64,000 nt of DNA from Lepidodermella squamata (GCA_047495785.1 JBLDXI010000046.1:1550001-1614000), one strand, 5' to 3'. Positions 1 through 14,559 are shown, numbered from the stretch's first letter. Notes: generated from the letters alone by a model not told the origin. Translations and numbers: made by a program.

Positions 1-3000
1 CCCATTTACGATTTGCGCGCCGAATTTAGGCGCACACGTCGATTTCGAGCGCGTCCTCGCCGGCGTCACGTTCGGCTGCAGTTTATTCCGCAACAACGAC
101 GAATTAACCAGCGGCTTATGGTTATTCACCCTGGTACTAGCCGCCGATCGTATCGACGAGGCAATGCTAGGCCTGGGGGTCGCGTTCTCCGACGTCTTCT
201 TCGTGTCATCCGTAGCGACTGACGACGCTCTTGAGCTGTTTGAATTCGTTTTCAGCAACGGCGCCTTCTTCGGCGTCAGGTAGCGGGACGGGACGTTTGA
301 GTGGTTCGGGGCTAGGACAGGTTTCGGCTCAGTCGCGTAGCACCTGACGACGAACGGGCTCGACGAGACAGGCATGCCGAACAGGGTGATCTCCATTTCA
401 TATATGCCCTCCCTCGGGATGGTGTAAGTCAGTAGGAACGACGCGCCCGATACGCGTTTCAGGTCGCATGTCCCAACTTTATCGACAGCATCGCGAATCG
501 AGGCTGATAGCGCCCGGTCGTGATTGGCTGGCAGCGCCGCCTCGCGGCCGTGTTCGTCGACTGCGGTTAACATAGCGACCTGGGGCACATTTGCCACGCA
601 TGACGACCAGGCTTTCAGCCGTTCTGTCGCTGGCATGGCGTTGGCTGAGCTGGCGAGTTTGACGTGCACGTCGCTGGGCAGCGCGGCGCCGGGTGCGGCG
701 TTCATCGACTGGCTGGTTCGCAGCAGGTAGTCGCTGCTCGAGGCCGACGCGCCGCCTGATGTCACGCTTTTCGTGTCGTCACCGTCCAGCGGTGATAGCA
801 AGTTGTTGGCGAGGGGCATATCGCTTCCGTTGGAAATTATTGCACCAAAATTCTGAAAAAAGTGAAACAAAAAATCATGAATTAGAATGAAACCACTTTG
901 ATCCCTTGAATCAAAATACAAAAAATATGTAATTAATTTTTTTTTAATTCTAGTTCCAAATCCAGGGTTCCAGGTTCCAGAGCTAAGTTTGAAGCTCCAG
1001 CCCCAACTTGCCCCAAAATATGGATTCCGAGAATTTAGATCTCCTCTAAATCTCAATTTTTAGCGAGTGAAGCTTCAGTTTTTGGTACCAAGTATCGATT
1101 TTAGAAATCAGTGATTTTTTCGATATCAGAAAGCCAAAATTGAAAATTTCCTAAATTTAGCGCTGGAACCTTGAATCTTAATTTTCGTCTTGTAAATATT
1201 TGAACCCTAAAGCCCATTTTCGAAAAATTGGCTAAAAACAGTCTTTCGAGTTCAGAAGAGTGAAGTGAAAATTGAATTGACTAGTAAGAGCTTTAATTTG
1301 GCTGAATTTCATCATTCATCATTCATCCTAATTTTTTTATATCTCTAATTATCTAGCAGAGCTCAAGACGAAAACTCACATCTATAGATCTGAGAAGTTT
1401 TTCGGAAGCACAATCGACAAAGCTGAACAGCAGTTGAGTTTCCTCGAGTTGAACCGTGTTCAATGGGAATGGCTGAAGTACGACCTCGGTTTGTTGTTCG
1501 AGTTGCTTGCGAACAACGAGCAAATCGAGGTTACCCGCAGGCGGCGTTGTTTGCTCTGAATCCGCGTCCAAATCGCCGCACTGTTCAAGCAGGCGGTGTA
1601 GAAAATCAGCAGATTCCTTAGCCGAACCGATACAGCTAGCAACGGCCTGGCGATTCGTATCGATAACGGCCTGTTTCTGCTGGCAAACCGTCCGCAATTG
1701 AGCTACAAGTTCGGCCCGCCTCGCGTTTAACCTCTCGAGAGCTTTGTCAAAACTCCGGTTGATTAACGACAACGAATCTTCAACTCTATATAATAAACAA
1801 GGCAAAAATTCGTGTTAATTATTCGCATCACGCCTATTAGTATGATGTTGTAATAATAAGAAGATAATTATTGTTGTATATTCCTAAGCTCACCGCGTGT
1901 ATTTTTTTACAGACTGAGTGAGAGGAAAAAACCGCTCACAGCTGGAATGACAAGCCGCTAATGGTTTTTTTACTTGCCTCATAATCATAAAATACTGGCT
2001 TGATAGACTCGATATAGCCAGGGTTATTAAAAATGGCCTACAATTCTAATGAGGATGCCGAAATTTCATGTCCGGCGATATTGACATAAGTATAAAAAAA
2101 CAGAGATGCCATAAAATTACTACGATTAAATTTTTCAAGAATTTTTAGCAGATCCAATTAATTCGAAAAAATCATTAAACTCGCCCATTGAGACTCTAAA
2201 TTTTATTCTGTTTTTTCTCTTACCTGATGTTCAAATTTTTCTCGATAGTTTTGAGGTGTTCGGCCGCATCTTCGGCCTCGCCGATGCGCATTTGCAGCGC
2301 CTGCGCCAACCGGCCCAGTTTCGTATGCTCAACCTTACGCGCAGCCGTCAGAGGCGTGTAAGAATGGCCCTCGTGCCGGCTGACGGCAACGGCGGACGAT
2401 GAAGCTGAGGATAGGTCGGTTGATAGGTACTCTTCACTGCTGTCGAGGCGCAGCGACGGCGGTTTCAGGCAGTCAACACACACGGCATGGTCGCATGTTT
2501 GACAAAAATATTCCAGCGGTTGCAGATCGTGGAGGGGGCAATAATTAACAGCCTAAAAATCGGAAATTCAAATAAAAAAATTATTATTAAAAAATTAAAC
2601 TTAAAATTGAAAGCATGGAGTTAAAAAAATCCGCCTTAAAGTGTCTTGAAATTTTGAAAATTTCTAAAATTTTTGAAACGTGTCAGAAACTAGATCTCAT
2701 TCTAAATACTCACCCGTTGGTTATTGTCGCTGCTTTCGCTGTCATTATCACTTGTGAAGCTTTCCGCGCGATCGCTCGTCGGCAACTGCAAGTCATTATT
2801 ATTTTCAGCCTCGTGGCTTGACGATACCAGACTGCTGCCGCCATCACTACAGTCGGCAGTATTCAATAAAACAGCGGCTGCCATCGACTTTGACGATCGG
2901 GCGCCGCCGAGAAGCCAGTTGGTCGGATAACGCCGAGTATTAGGAATTGGAAAATGCTGCTTGCAAATCGGGCAAGGCAAGAAAAATCTAGCGATGATGA

Positions 3001-6000
3001 CGAATAAAAAAAACGGAAATAATTCACAGGATTAATCAATTCGATGAGCAAAAAAACCGATACTCCCCCGGGCACATTTTTTTTAGCCCCTAATAAAGAA
3101 GCACGAAAGAGGACAAGTGGCGATAAACAAATATTATTAGAAGAGAAAAATCGAAGAAATGCAAAAAATATTATATATCGATATAGTATAAAAAATAATA
3201 AGCTTCCATTTTTCGGCAGGCGATTGATAAAAAACATGCGGCTGGCGGCGTCGATTCATAACGCAGCGGGGCCCTCGCGCCGCTTTTTTCCCGCCTGAGA
3301 TTTCATCTATGCCCTCAAACGAATATACGCGTGCAATCGTATTAGCTAATAAAGCAGTTATATATTCGTTGGAGCAATATTTTTCAATAAAAAAGAAGGC
3401 GTAAGAAGAGAAAAATCGCGCTCGCCCCGGAAACAACGTGCTACGTGTCGAATAATAGAATTTATTAGGATGGATGAAGGAAAAATAGGTTAATTTGCTG
3501 ATAGCTTCCGCCAATGCACTCTTGCCAAAAATCACGTACATTTTGAAGGTAAAAATCAGCAAATTATTAGGAATCTAGTTAGCGGAAGATAATCTAGCTA
3601 TATGAAGTTCATAAAATGAGATAAAAAATGATTGAAATGATGAGGCAAGCGCGAATTGACCTAACCATAATATACTTGACGCACTGTAGCGTGGCAAAAG
3701 GTGAGGCGATCGATAAAAACCCTAATAATATGATGAAAAATACCTCTAAGCCTCATTTAAAAGCTATCATAATATTGTGCGAAAAATTTCCTTGTACGCA
3801 ACTAGGCGAAAATTAAATAAGAAAAAAAAAGCGCCTGAAATATATAATAAATATTTTACATCGCATGCACCTTAAAATTTCGTCGGTACTTATTGAGCAA
3901 ATAACAGTTGTCTTTTTTGCAATAATATAATCATAATAGAAAAAAAATTCTACAGACGGGTGGGTTTGAGTGAGCAAATTGCCGGATATAGCGGTTCGTA
4001 CGTGCGATGCCCCGGCGGTTTCTTATACGCGCACACGCGCTCTGCCTCAGGTAAATAAACAACAAAAAGTGCAAATAAGTGGCTTCGAGGCGAGCAGCGC
4101 GCAGAAAAGGCGCGCGGCAGGTGTGACAGTGTCCGAAAAAGTAACAAGTAATTACATGGCGTTAGAGGAGCAATTATAAGCAAGAGGCGAGGTCACTCGA
4201 ATCGTGTCATCAAGGAAAAACGCTTATATATAGCAAAAGCCATTTCGTTTCGTTATAGTATTTGCCTTTGTGTCTGGCACCGGCCGGAAAACGCTCATTA
4301 CACCGATATGACGGCGCGTGTTTAATAAGCCAAGATATATTACCTCGATGGGCTGTAATGAAAATAGCATTATTTCTCGCTCTCTCTCTACACAATTGTT
4401 TATGGCAGTCGAAAGATCAAACAGCGACACGAGTCGAACGCGCAAACAAAAAGCTGCGCTGCGGATGGACATGTGATCCTCGTCGCCGTTTGTTGTTTGC
4501 CGGATGCGAGGAAAGGCAACGCGAGCTTTTAATAACGGCCGCGATAAAAATGAGAAATTTTAACGACAGCTTGAAACGGAAAAGGTGTTTTTCTGCTTGA
4601 CATCATACAAATTTCTGTGATATATTATATTATACGCAAAATATTGCCTTCTTTGTGAGAAATTTTCTCGCGCGCGCTGGTGTCGCATGTGAGATGTGTC
4701 AATCTCTCACGAGGCCGTTGTATATCAAGTGTATACGGCATGAAATTTATTTACATGAAGATGAAGTGAAGATGCCCGCTGCTGCTGTCATTGAGATGCA
4801 GCGCTATGAGATCGATCCTTTTTGAATTTTTCACGCGTGTTTAGCCGAAAGTCATCGACTACAACGCGGCGATCGCTGCTATATATACATTACGAACGAA
4901 TTGATGAATGATATTCTCAATGATACTTTTATTATAGGGCGAGCGAGAGGGGAGCGGGCTGTTGAAATTATTCTAAACACCAACATGTCGCGTGACCATG
5001 TAATTTTAGGGTGGGCTTAGATTTCGCGCTAAAACGATCGGTCACGCGCAGTTATAAATTAGTGGAAAAACAAGTTGAGACAAAACGACCAAGAGCCATT
5101 TCATTCATAACAATAATTATTACTTATGATGGAAAAAAAACCGGCCTTGTAGAGGAACAGAAAGACTTGACGTATAATTTATCCTCAATTCGCAAGGTAT
5201 AATTAAACGTGAAAAAACTGCGCTTCGTAAAAAGCTATCAATGCGGTCACCTTATATGTCAGTCTCGATCAAAAATAGCTCTATTCACCGGCTTTTTTAA
5301 TTAACCCGGCTTTACGACTCAGAGGTGAAATGATGAATATCTTACCGGTGTGTCTCGCCGAAAAAAATGACTAGCCGACTTTGATGAGGGTCCTACTTCT
5401 AGCGAAACAAAATTTTGAATGAATAATCCACCCAAAAATACATTTTTTAATTTTTGCGAATTTCATAAGTAATTTTACAAGCAGAAATCTGATAAAATTC
5501 TGGTAAAGCTTATCATTGCCTTGGAGAAGCTCATCCCTTTGCTCAATTGAGCCGAAGAAAAAAATGTCTTACTTCTATAGCGGAACCAAATTTCAAATAA
5601 TTTTCTAAGATTTCACGATAAATGAAAAAATCCAAATAAATTAAGGCGAAGTTCTCCGTAATTTCTGTATAAAGCCTAACTTGGTACTTGGCAACAGGCA
5701 AATTTGGTTCCGCCTGGGAAAATTAGGAAAATAATTCCATCTCTCAGCCGCTAAACACACTAAACTCTGCTATCGTATGATCTGTATGTTTTTAGAATTA
5801 GTATTAAGGCGGTTAAAAATGGGCAATTTTACGCAAGAAATTGGCTCCCGCTTTGTTACATAAAGAGAAGCCGTTAGTATCGGTATACCTTTTCGCGAAA
5901 ATTGAGTTTGAGTCGTAAAAAATAATATAATTGGCACGATAACACATGATGATGAGGTGTGAGAAAAATTGTCGAAAAATAATAATAATTTGCGTATCAA

Positions 6001-6430
6001 CTCACTTGTGCTGGGCGGTTAAAATGGCGAGACAGTCGGCACATAGCGAGTGGTGGCACGGCAACAGTTTCGCTGTGACAACGCCGGCGGATTTATTACT
6101 GTTACCGGCACGGCTGCGCTGCTGTTTGCCGAGCGCATTCAGGCGTTTGTGAACGCACACGTGGCACGTGAAGTTGGGCGGTAGGCTGTCGTAGCAGGCG
6201 CTGGACAGCAACGGCGAGCTGTTCTCATCTTCATCCGCACAGCCATTGCTAACACCTTTATGACCTTCGTCCGATGACGACGTGCTATGATGGGGCGGCG
6301 GCGTTGATGGCGAGTCGATTGTGAGCAGTATCAACTCGGCACCGCAGCTGGTACCCGTCGAAGACGGAGCCGGCGACGTGGCACTCGGCGCCAGGCCGGT
6401 TTCGCCGAAATTGCTTTGCAGTGTCAACAT
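1..6430 (-). CDS. TRIM2/3/71-like E3 ligase (RING-HC, B-box2, coiled coil, filamin repeat); C-terminus lies beyond the window edge
   Basis: Phase-compatible GT-AG exons 6430-6006, 2987-2714, 2552-2224, 1785-1380, 852-<1. RING CHVC...LLPCHHSLCADC...CPIC; B-box CPLHDLQPLEYFCQTCDHAVCVDC...HEGH; coiled coil; filamin-like LLTYTIPREGIYEMEITLFGMPVSSSPFVV in the last exon (not in the ORF track because it runs off the edge). Confidence 0.85.
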
Positions 6431-9400
6431 TCAGAGAACATTTAAAACCTATCCAAAAGGGAGAAAAAAAATAATTCCGCTCGAAGTAGGTAATCCTAGC
6501 AATTTCAGAGGATCAACTTATGATTCATCGAAAGTTTTATAAATTAATTGAGAAAATAGACGCATCCTATAGGGCTCAGGATGATTTGAGCGTGAGCAAA
6601 CATGAGATTGCATTTGATAGTAATTAGCGCGCGCGATATATTATAGGTGATAACACGCGACGCCATGATGATGGCACCAGTTTTATTGGCGTCATTTAGG
6701 GTGGAAGCTGGCCCGGAGCCGCGTGTTCGCATAGTTTGGGCGTCGGTCTAATTACCTAAACAGAACGTGGTACAAACACGCGAGGAAAATCAGCATTCAT
6801 CTATAACACATAGTTAATTAAAATAACTCGAAATGTAACCATCAGGAAAAACACATTTTTGACGCTTAAAAACCAACATTCACTTCCTGTTGACTCAGCA
6901 AGGATTGGCTTTCTAGGTCAAATAAAGTGCAAAAGATGTCAAAAATAATGTCCCGAAAAATATAGCTATTTATCGCCGGATTTTCGGTTTAGTTTTTGTT
7001 ATTTTGTCTACCTGCGCTGACAAATGGCGATCGGTGAATGGCAATAATATACGATTTCAGGTACGTAGCGCAGCGATGCGATTGGGGACGGGCCAAAATA
7101 AACAATACCTGACTGATTATAATACGCGTCGATCACCATATCGGTCATGCTGAGATTCATGTACAAGCCGGCACAAAAACACATCGACAACGTGTTTTTA
7201 AGCTCTAGCAGCGAACAAACACGCATGAGAAATAAAATAATACAGGTAGGCAGACAGACAGACCCTTTATAGTATCGAGGCATATATTATCAATAATTAA
7301 TCGGCTTAAATCGAGGCGCAGAAAACACGCGATGAATATTTATCGAAACGCACAAGTATTGGCCACTTTTGACAAGGTGTAAACACGCAATTTAGCGCCT
7401 CGGCCTGCGACGGGAAAAAACTTGTCATAAAACGGGCTAAACGCGCAGGTCACGCACTTTGGCAATAAATCGAAGCTTATTAGCATTTAAAGCGTCTAAT
7501 TATATCGAAAATATTCCGAATATTTTGGAAATAAAAGGGAACAACATTTTTCTCGGTAGAGTGGAGAACTTTTTGTTTACTGCCTCGGGGTTATTATTAT
7601 TATATACTACAGCTCGTAAAGTGATCGCGATCCTAGGTGAAGGCCCATTATTAAAGGGTGCGGAAAATCAAGCCGGATGTGCGGCTTTTGTTTAGAAAAG
7701 CTTGATGACGATATGATGATGAAGAAAATAATAATGTAATAGCGGCGAGGTGATAATTGTAAGATGATGATAGCTAAACAAAACAATAACCGCCGGAAAA
7801 TGCTGCCTTATAACTTGTAAATAAAAACAAAATAACCCCGCGTCCTGTATCGCGCCTTTTTACGCTGTGAAAACATGTGTAATTTTCAGGATATAACGGC
7901 CAGATTATATAGCTATATCATAAGACGATGAGCAACGGCTGCGGACAGGCGGAAAAAATAACAAACACTCTCGCGCGAACAATATCGACAATGGAAAAAG
8001 GTATGAATTCAGCAGAGGCATCTCGTTGCTGTTGTATTGTAATAATATAAATAGAGCTATTTTATTTCTATAACGAATTGCCTGCTAACAACATCATACC
8101 TAAAATGGGGTAAACAAATAATGTAAGTTCGGAAGATAATTTTCGTTAGAACAATAGACTTCGAAATTATTGGGCGATGATGTGAAGTGAAACGCATTGC
8201 TAAACTTGGATAAAAATGTTGTCTTCGCTGGCTATAAGTAATGGAATAAAAACGCAAATTCGATTCATTGAAAAATAAGAGCGAATTTAGTACGCTGATG
8301 GGAGAAGAAGAAGAAAAAGCGGCACTCGGCAAGTACAAAGAGGAAATATATTTTATATAGCGCGCTCGTTTTTTCTCTTGTATTTATAATAGTCTCAAGG
8401 ACGCAATGATATATTAGCGCTGTTGAAACTATCGAATTTACTATAATAAATGATAATAATTTTAACAAGATTAAGCAGCGTTTATCTCGGTGATTATCTC
8501 GATGAGCTTAAGGTGTTCGGTGCACTTGCCGAAAGATGATGAGCTATAACAACTTTTTGCCGTAGGGAAAAAATACGCAAAAATCATCATTAAATAATGA
8601 AGCGTATGAAACACGTGATTTTTCTGATATATATCGCTATTTTCTGATGGCATATAATGGGTTTTTTCTTTAGCCCAACTCCCAGATGTATCATATCGAT
8701 ACATGTTTATGTAGAAACGTAATATATCTTGCCGCTATTTTTTGCCACGCGAACATAATCAAATAAAAATGGAGCAAAAAATTATAGTATTGGTGAAAAA
8801 AACCGCCTACTTGATTTTCAGTTCGCGTGTTTTCGAGTGCGTTCATATTTACCTGCTGGGGCTACACAGAAAGTTAGGTCAGGTGGTGACACTAACGGCA
8901 AAAGGTTACCCGTCGTCGTCGCTAAAAGCTGTTACTTATGACACATCATGCAAGTTGAACTCGGCAAATATTCTTTGAAAATATATTATTGTTATATAAC
9001 CATGTGCGCACTGAATTTGACGGGTATCAAATGTAGGTCTTTGCTTCGTTAACCATGAATCGGCCGATGGAAAATGGCCCACTGGGAATTTTTGTGATTA
9101 TTTCGGCTCTATTGTTATATTGGAAGAAAAAAGGCAATAAAAATAACACACACTGTTTGTGAATTCGCGACGGAGAAAACAATGATTTACATCATTGAAA
9201 TCGCAGTTTATTACACACATCTGATGGCGGAGTTGATGAATGTTTGTATTTATATGATGTTGTGTGTAAAATTTTATTAAGCGCCCGAAGCGTTTTTGCC
9301 GTCAGTTTTCGCCGCGCATTGACGTGGCGCATTTTTGCCTCCATATACTATGATTTTTACGAATATACGGCGATGACCGGATGCGCGCTTTATTATACCG

Positions 9401-10056
9401 CAAACACACTGATGCGGCGCCAAATCCCTTCTGTATCGTTTCGTATGACGAGCAGGGGGACGTTGTTTGCTGCCCATCTTTCACATGTGATTCGCCATCA
9501 TTTTGTGCGGCGCCAAGAGACGGCATCAAAAGCATGCGGCATAAATTGAGTTCAAAGCAAAACAATCAACAACCAAATTGATCAGGATAAATTAGGGTAC
9601 AACCCACGCACACCTTCATCTTATCATCTGGGGGTGATGTGTACCAAGTTGACGAATTATTGGTGACCAAGGACCAATTACCTAAAATTGTTGTTGCGAA
9701 CTACCTTAAATTCATTTGACGTAGTTTTCCAACCAGATCAAAAGGAAGAAAAGTTGAATCGCCATGCCCCGAATTTAACATTTCTCCAACTTATTACTCG
9801 GATGTTACTCGAACTATAGAGCTGTCAGTCAAATTCACACTCACCGGACCTACAGAATCAGAGAATCAACTGTAATTGTACAAATTAAACAGCAAGTGAT
9901 GGTTCGGTTATTTTTTTCCGTGAAAAGTTGATTACGGTCACGAGAAATTAAGCAAATTATGACAGAGCGCAACTGAGACAAATTGTTCCCGACGTAGTAC
10001 GAGTAAAGCTGACCCTAGTAAGAGGCGATAGATATTCTTTCCGGTGCAATAAGACA

Positions 10057-12761
10057 ATGAAAGCTGAATTTTTATCGTTAATAAGTCTATTTCAAGTCAA
10101 CCTGATAGGTTCTGCCAAGTATGAGCTGCACATTCTCGTGATGACTACCTTCACGGGTAATGACCCATTCGATGGCACTGCCTGCAAAACCGGCATGCAA
10201 ATCGCGTTCGATGCAGCTAACAGTCGGCCTGACATCTTGGGAGATTACAACGTTAAAGCGTTATACAAAGATGACGGAGCTGGGAATAAAGCTGCTCGTG
10301 CTCTTGTTGAATACATCCGTGATTTCAGTCAAAGCGACAACTCAAGCGTGATCATGTCCCCTCTGGTTGTTGGGGCAATGTTTTCTAGCGGTTGTAAGGC
10401 TATCGCGCCAATGCTTCACCACGAGAATTTGGTCGAGGTAAGTCAGGGCTGCGGGGCGCCTTTCCTTACAGATCGACGGCTCTACCGCAATCTGTACATG
10501 ATGCGATCGACGGGGCGAGTTCTAACCATTGCTCAGATGCATTTTATCAAAGACGTCGGCAGATGGCAGCGAATCGGAATTTTGACCTACGCCGAGAACA
10601 TTTTCGACTACGTAACTGCAACTTTGCTGCAGAAGCTTGCGAATGAAAACGAAGTTCAGGTCGCCCTTTTTGACTACTTCATCGATGTCAACGAAGAAAT
10701 GTTCATAGAAATAAAGGGAAATGACGTTCGAGTCATCGTCTACTTTTGTTCAATGGCTCGGTTGATTTTAAAGTTCTTCTGCCAGTCTTATAAGAAGGGT
10801 ATTACTGGCCCACACTACATCTTCATAATTCTCCCCATTCAATTCCCCGACCCGAAAAGTTTACCCGAAGAATCTCTGTTCGGATGCTCACCTGATGTTA
10901 TCACCGAGCAGTTGAGATACACGTATATGACGGGTCCGGTAATGTTCAACGATGATCCGACTTTGAAAAACGAATTCAGCTACGACAGTCTCGACTTTGA
11001 ACGACGCTTCAATGCCTTGACGAATAACAAGCAGCCACCTGATTATGACTGTCGATTTCTATGCCACGTAAGTCTAAATAATCTTTCAGCCCAATTAGAT
11101 TCGTGCAATGCTATTATAGGATACAGTCATGCAGAGTTTGATCGTGTTAGACAATGCGGACCGGGAGTTGAAAAAGCAAAATCTTTCCCTGGCCAGTTAT
11201 AGGGACTATCCTCGGCTCGTCATGGAAGTTGTCAATAAGTCTGCAGTCAGTGTGGATTACATCGGGTTAAGAATGGGGCGAATGAGGTACAACTCGCGCG
11301 GGGAGGTAGAAGCCGATCTTCAAATGATTGGTCGATGGTCACCCGAAACCTCACTGAATTACGTCAACCTGGTCCGCCAGTATGAAAACACTTCAGGGTA
11401 TGACTACGAAGATTACTGGGTTCAAAACGCGTCTGAAGCGAGGTGGGCAACTGCTGACAACAAACCGCCGCGGGATAAAGTTATCGAAAAGCGAATGGCA
11501 CGGGAGGTGCCGATTCCTTTCTACTACTCAGCAATTGGCATTGCGGCTTTTCTGATCCTAATCCAGATTTTCGTGATTCTTACAACAGTTTTCGCATGGC
11601 TCAAGATTGGCAACGATCTGGCAATGCATGTTTTGCCCCTTACTAAATGTATCGGGTATCTAGGATGCATTATTTTGAACATCTCTGCAATCTTATTCAC
11701 TATGGAAACTCAGCAACATCCCCGCGTGATTTGGGAAGTGCGCATTGTAGCAGCTTTGGTTGGCTGTGCAATGGTTATTGGCTCGTCTTTTTCAAGGGTT
11801 GTCGTAATCTACCAAGCTGTTCTTAGCTTCAACAAGCAGATTCTATCACATAAACGGAGACATTTTCGGACCCTAAATCCGTCGAAATTAGTCATTAATT
11901 ACGGACCGTTCTTCACCTCAGACATGGTTAGGAAACTGGAGAAGCGCAGTGTGCTCACGGCTGCCTCTATATTTTTCCTATCTAACACCTTTATCATGAA
12001 CTGGTTCTTATGGGACCCGATATTCTGCAAATTTGAAAATATCGACGAAGATCCTATTTACAACTATGAAGAGGACACTTCTACAATAATGCATTCTGTG
12101 AAATGTTCCTCGTCGGGCCTAGTTATTTGGTCATCGTTTTCAGGCGCATCTGCACTTATCCTCTTAATACTGAGCTGTTACATGTCAAGGAAGCTTTACT
12201 ACTTAACTTTTTCAATGCGAAAGTATCACGAACTTGGAACGATTTACATCGTCAGCTTGATGATAATTTCGACTTTCGTCGCCGAACTACTCCTGCATTT
12301 TTTGATTGAAGATGAGACGAGGCAGCGAATTGTTATTGCATTTGGCTGTGTTCTTGTATCTGTGATTATGACAGTCGTCAATTTTTTCAGTGGCTGTATG
12401 GATCATCGGCAGAAAACTTTCGCCTCAAAGAACGACGCAGTAGCGACTGTAACAACGACAGCTGTCAGGTAAACATTGTTCGCCAAAATTGTCCGCAGGT
12501 AACCTGTGTTTTTCATCTAGAAGACGAGGTTCGTCCACTCTCACCGCGTCGGCCGTTTTCCAGCAGCCGCAGAGTGTTGGTAATAACAACTCGAATACTA
12601 GTGCCGGGCTGATGCTGCACGTCATTCGATTGGTCGTCAACTCAACGGGAAATTCGACGGCGAACAATTCAGTCAATCCTATCGCGGGAGGCCAGCAGCA
12701 TCTGGAATCTGAAACCCATATCATCACAGCTGATGTATCGGTTATTCAACCTAGTACGTGA
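10057..12761 (+). CDS. Class C GPCR, GABA-B-receptor-like (signal peptide, Venus-flytrap/ANF domain, 7TM, no Cys-rich domain)
   Basis: Exons 10057-11067, 11120-12468, 12521-12761 joined by two 52-nt GT-AG introns. VFT motifs (GMQIAFDAANSRPDILGDY, GAMFSSGC, WQRIGIL, DVRVIV), 'KPPRD' linker, multiple hydrophobic segments and KYHE after TM5. Confidence 0.8.
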
Positions 12762-13222
12762 TATGCATAACTTGATATACACTTAAGGGCGACTAAAGAC
12801 TTTTGATTGCTACTGCCTTGATATTGCATTAAAAATGGTCGCATTGCATCGTGGAGTCCACGTGTTTATAGGTCGCGCGACTCGAAAATTTGACACACAA
12901 AATAAAACGTCGTGCGCTTTCTCTTCAATACGCAAAGCCGGCCGAGAATATTATTAAGCGTGTTTGACATGCACAGGAAAAAAATCGAAATTTAGGTAGG
13001 TTATTTCAATGCTTTTTAAGATATTTCACCACGTTTTCATTTACATTGAGTAAGGATTATTTGAACGGAAATGAAATATTGCCAGAGCAAGCCAGAGCAA
13101 GGATTCGTACATGCATGGCAATACGAATCCCTTCAAACATCGCCACAGCTTTTTCACTGCTCATATATAATAGTGGTACTCGAAAAGCAAGATAAATTTT
13201 TTTGCTACACGGAAATCAGAAA

Positions 13223-14559
13223 ATGCGGCTGTCCCCTCGGGCTCTCATGTTTATCACACTGGTGGTTTCAGCAAACGCTAACTTAAGTTTTGAGACCATC
13301 GAGGTAGTCAACAAAATATTTCGCGAGTCTTGTCCATTTGCTTTCTCCAAGTGGCTACCGAACCATTTTATCAACGGAAGCAATAGTGAGCATAAAATTG
13401 ACACGACTATCAGAGTAATATTGTGGTCACCCGTCAATATTCTCGACACCGAGCGTCAGCTATTCCTTCGAGCTACAGTGGAGGCGAAATGGCAATGGCC
13501 GTGTGATTTGGATGCTTTTTGTGGGAATCTCGTTGCTGCCAACTTCACCAAATGCGAATGGCTGAAGGGGGATATGTTTTACGTGGACGCAAAGCTTGAC
13601 GAAGTTTGGCACGCGTCAATCGGCCACGACAGTGCTATTTCCAACCCGATGTCAATAATGGAGTAAGATGTTATTTCTATACATTTTGAAACAGTTATCA
13701 TACAAGTTACGGTCAAAAGAAAAATGCAGCACAATTGTGCCCGTGAAAACAGGAAAAGGAAAGGCGGGTTTAGCCCGGGCTCGCAGATTTTCAATTTCCA
13801 TAACGGATCAAAATCTATTATTTTATTATTTTCGTCAGCTCAATAGTACAGTCAAACGTCATAATCGACCTGTTCTTGGGCGAATCGGATTGGATCGCTG
13901 AGGTTAACTTGGAATCTCAATGCCCGGAAAGCTCACAGATATCACACTTCCCCTTTGATAACTTCGAATGCACCATTCTATTCAGTGGGTATAGGAATAC
14001 GCGAATCGGTGTTTTTGAAGCTTCTCCCGAATTCGAAAGAAACGACGATGTCGGTGATGTTTGGACTTTTATGAATTACAATCATTCATGTGACGATGAA
14101 ATGCAGTGCTCCATCCGAGTGAACTTTCAGCGTAAGCCGGGCTTCATCATTCAGCAAGTCATCGTGCCTTGTTACATTCTGGCTGTGCTACAAATTCTAA
14201 GTCTGATAATGCCTGCTAGAATGCCAGACCGGCCTGTTTATAACATCACAGTCCTGCTTGCATTTTTCGTCATTCTCGGCATGATTTTCGCGGCAATTCC
14301 GAAGTCTCCGCATCCCATTTACATGGCAATTTTGATCGAAGTTAAAATTGGTATCGGAGCTCTTATAACTCTATACACCCTTGTCACACTTCGATTCGCG
14401 AAACGAGGATTATCGAAGCAACTAGCTATCCGCACGGGTTACTTAACATTTACAGTCATGGACATATTTGACATATTTGCCGCGTTCGTGTTCATTGCAA
14501 TTTCTGGAATAATCGACGGCGTCCTTTTCCGAAAAATGTTCGGATCGTCCTATTCATAA
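13223..14559 (+). CDS. Divergent Cys-loop (pentameric) ligand-gated ion channel subunit
   Basis: Exons 13223-13662 and 13839-14559 (phase-2 GT-AG intron). Signal peptide, Cys-loop CPESSQISHFPFDNFEC, pre-M1 FQRKP, M1 VIVPCYIL, M2 DRPVYNITVLLA, four TM segments. Confidence 0.85.

Noticed and set aside
2990-10050. Many 60-140-aa ORFs in TRIM intron 1 and the upstream intergenic region
   Set aside because: Apart from the 6006-6430 exon, they show no motifs or coherent exon chains and look like chance ORFs in non-coding DNA.
11041-11202. Apparent frameshift between ORFs 10057-11202 and 11129-12472 (and similar overlaps throughout 35-62 kb)
   Set aside because: Explained by ~50-56-nt GT-AG introns with compatible phases; no recoding or pseudogenisation is needed.
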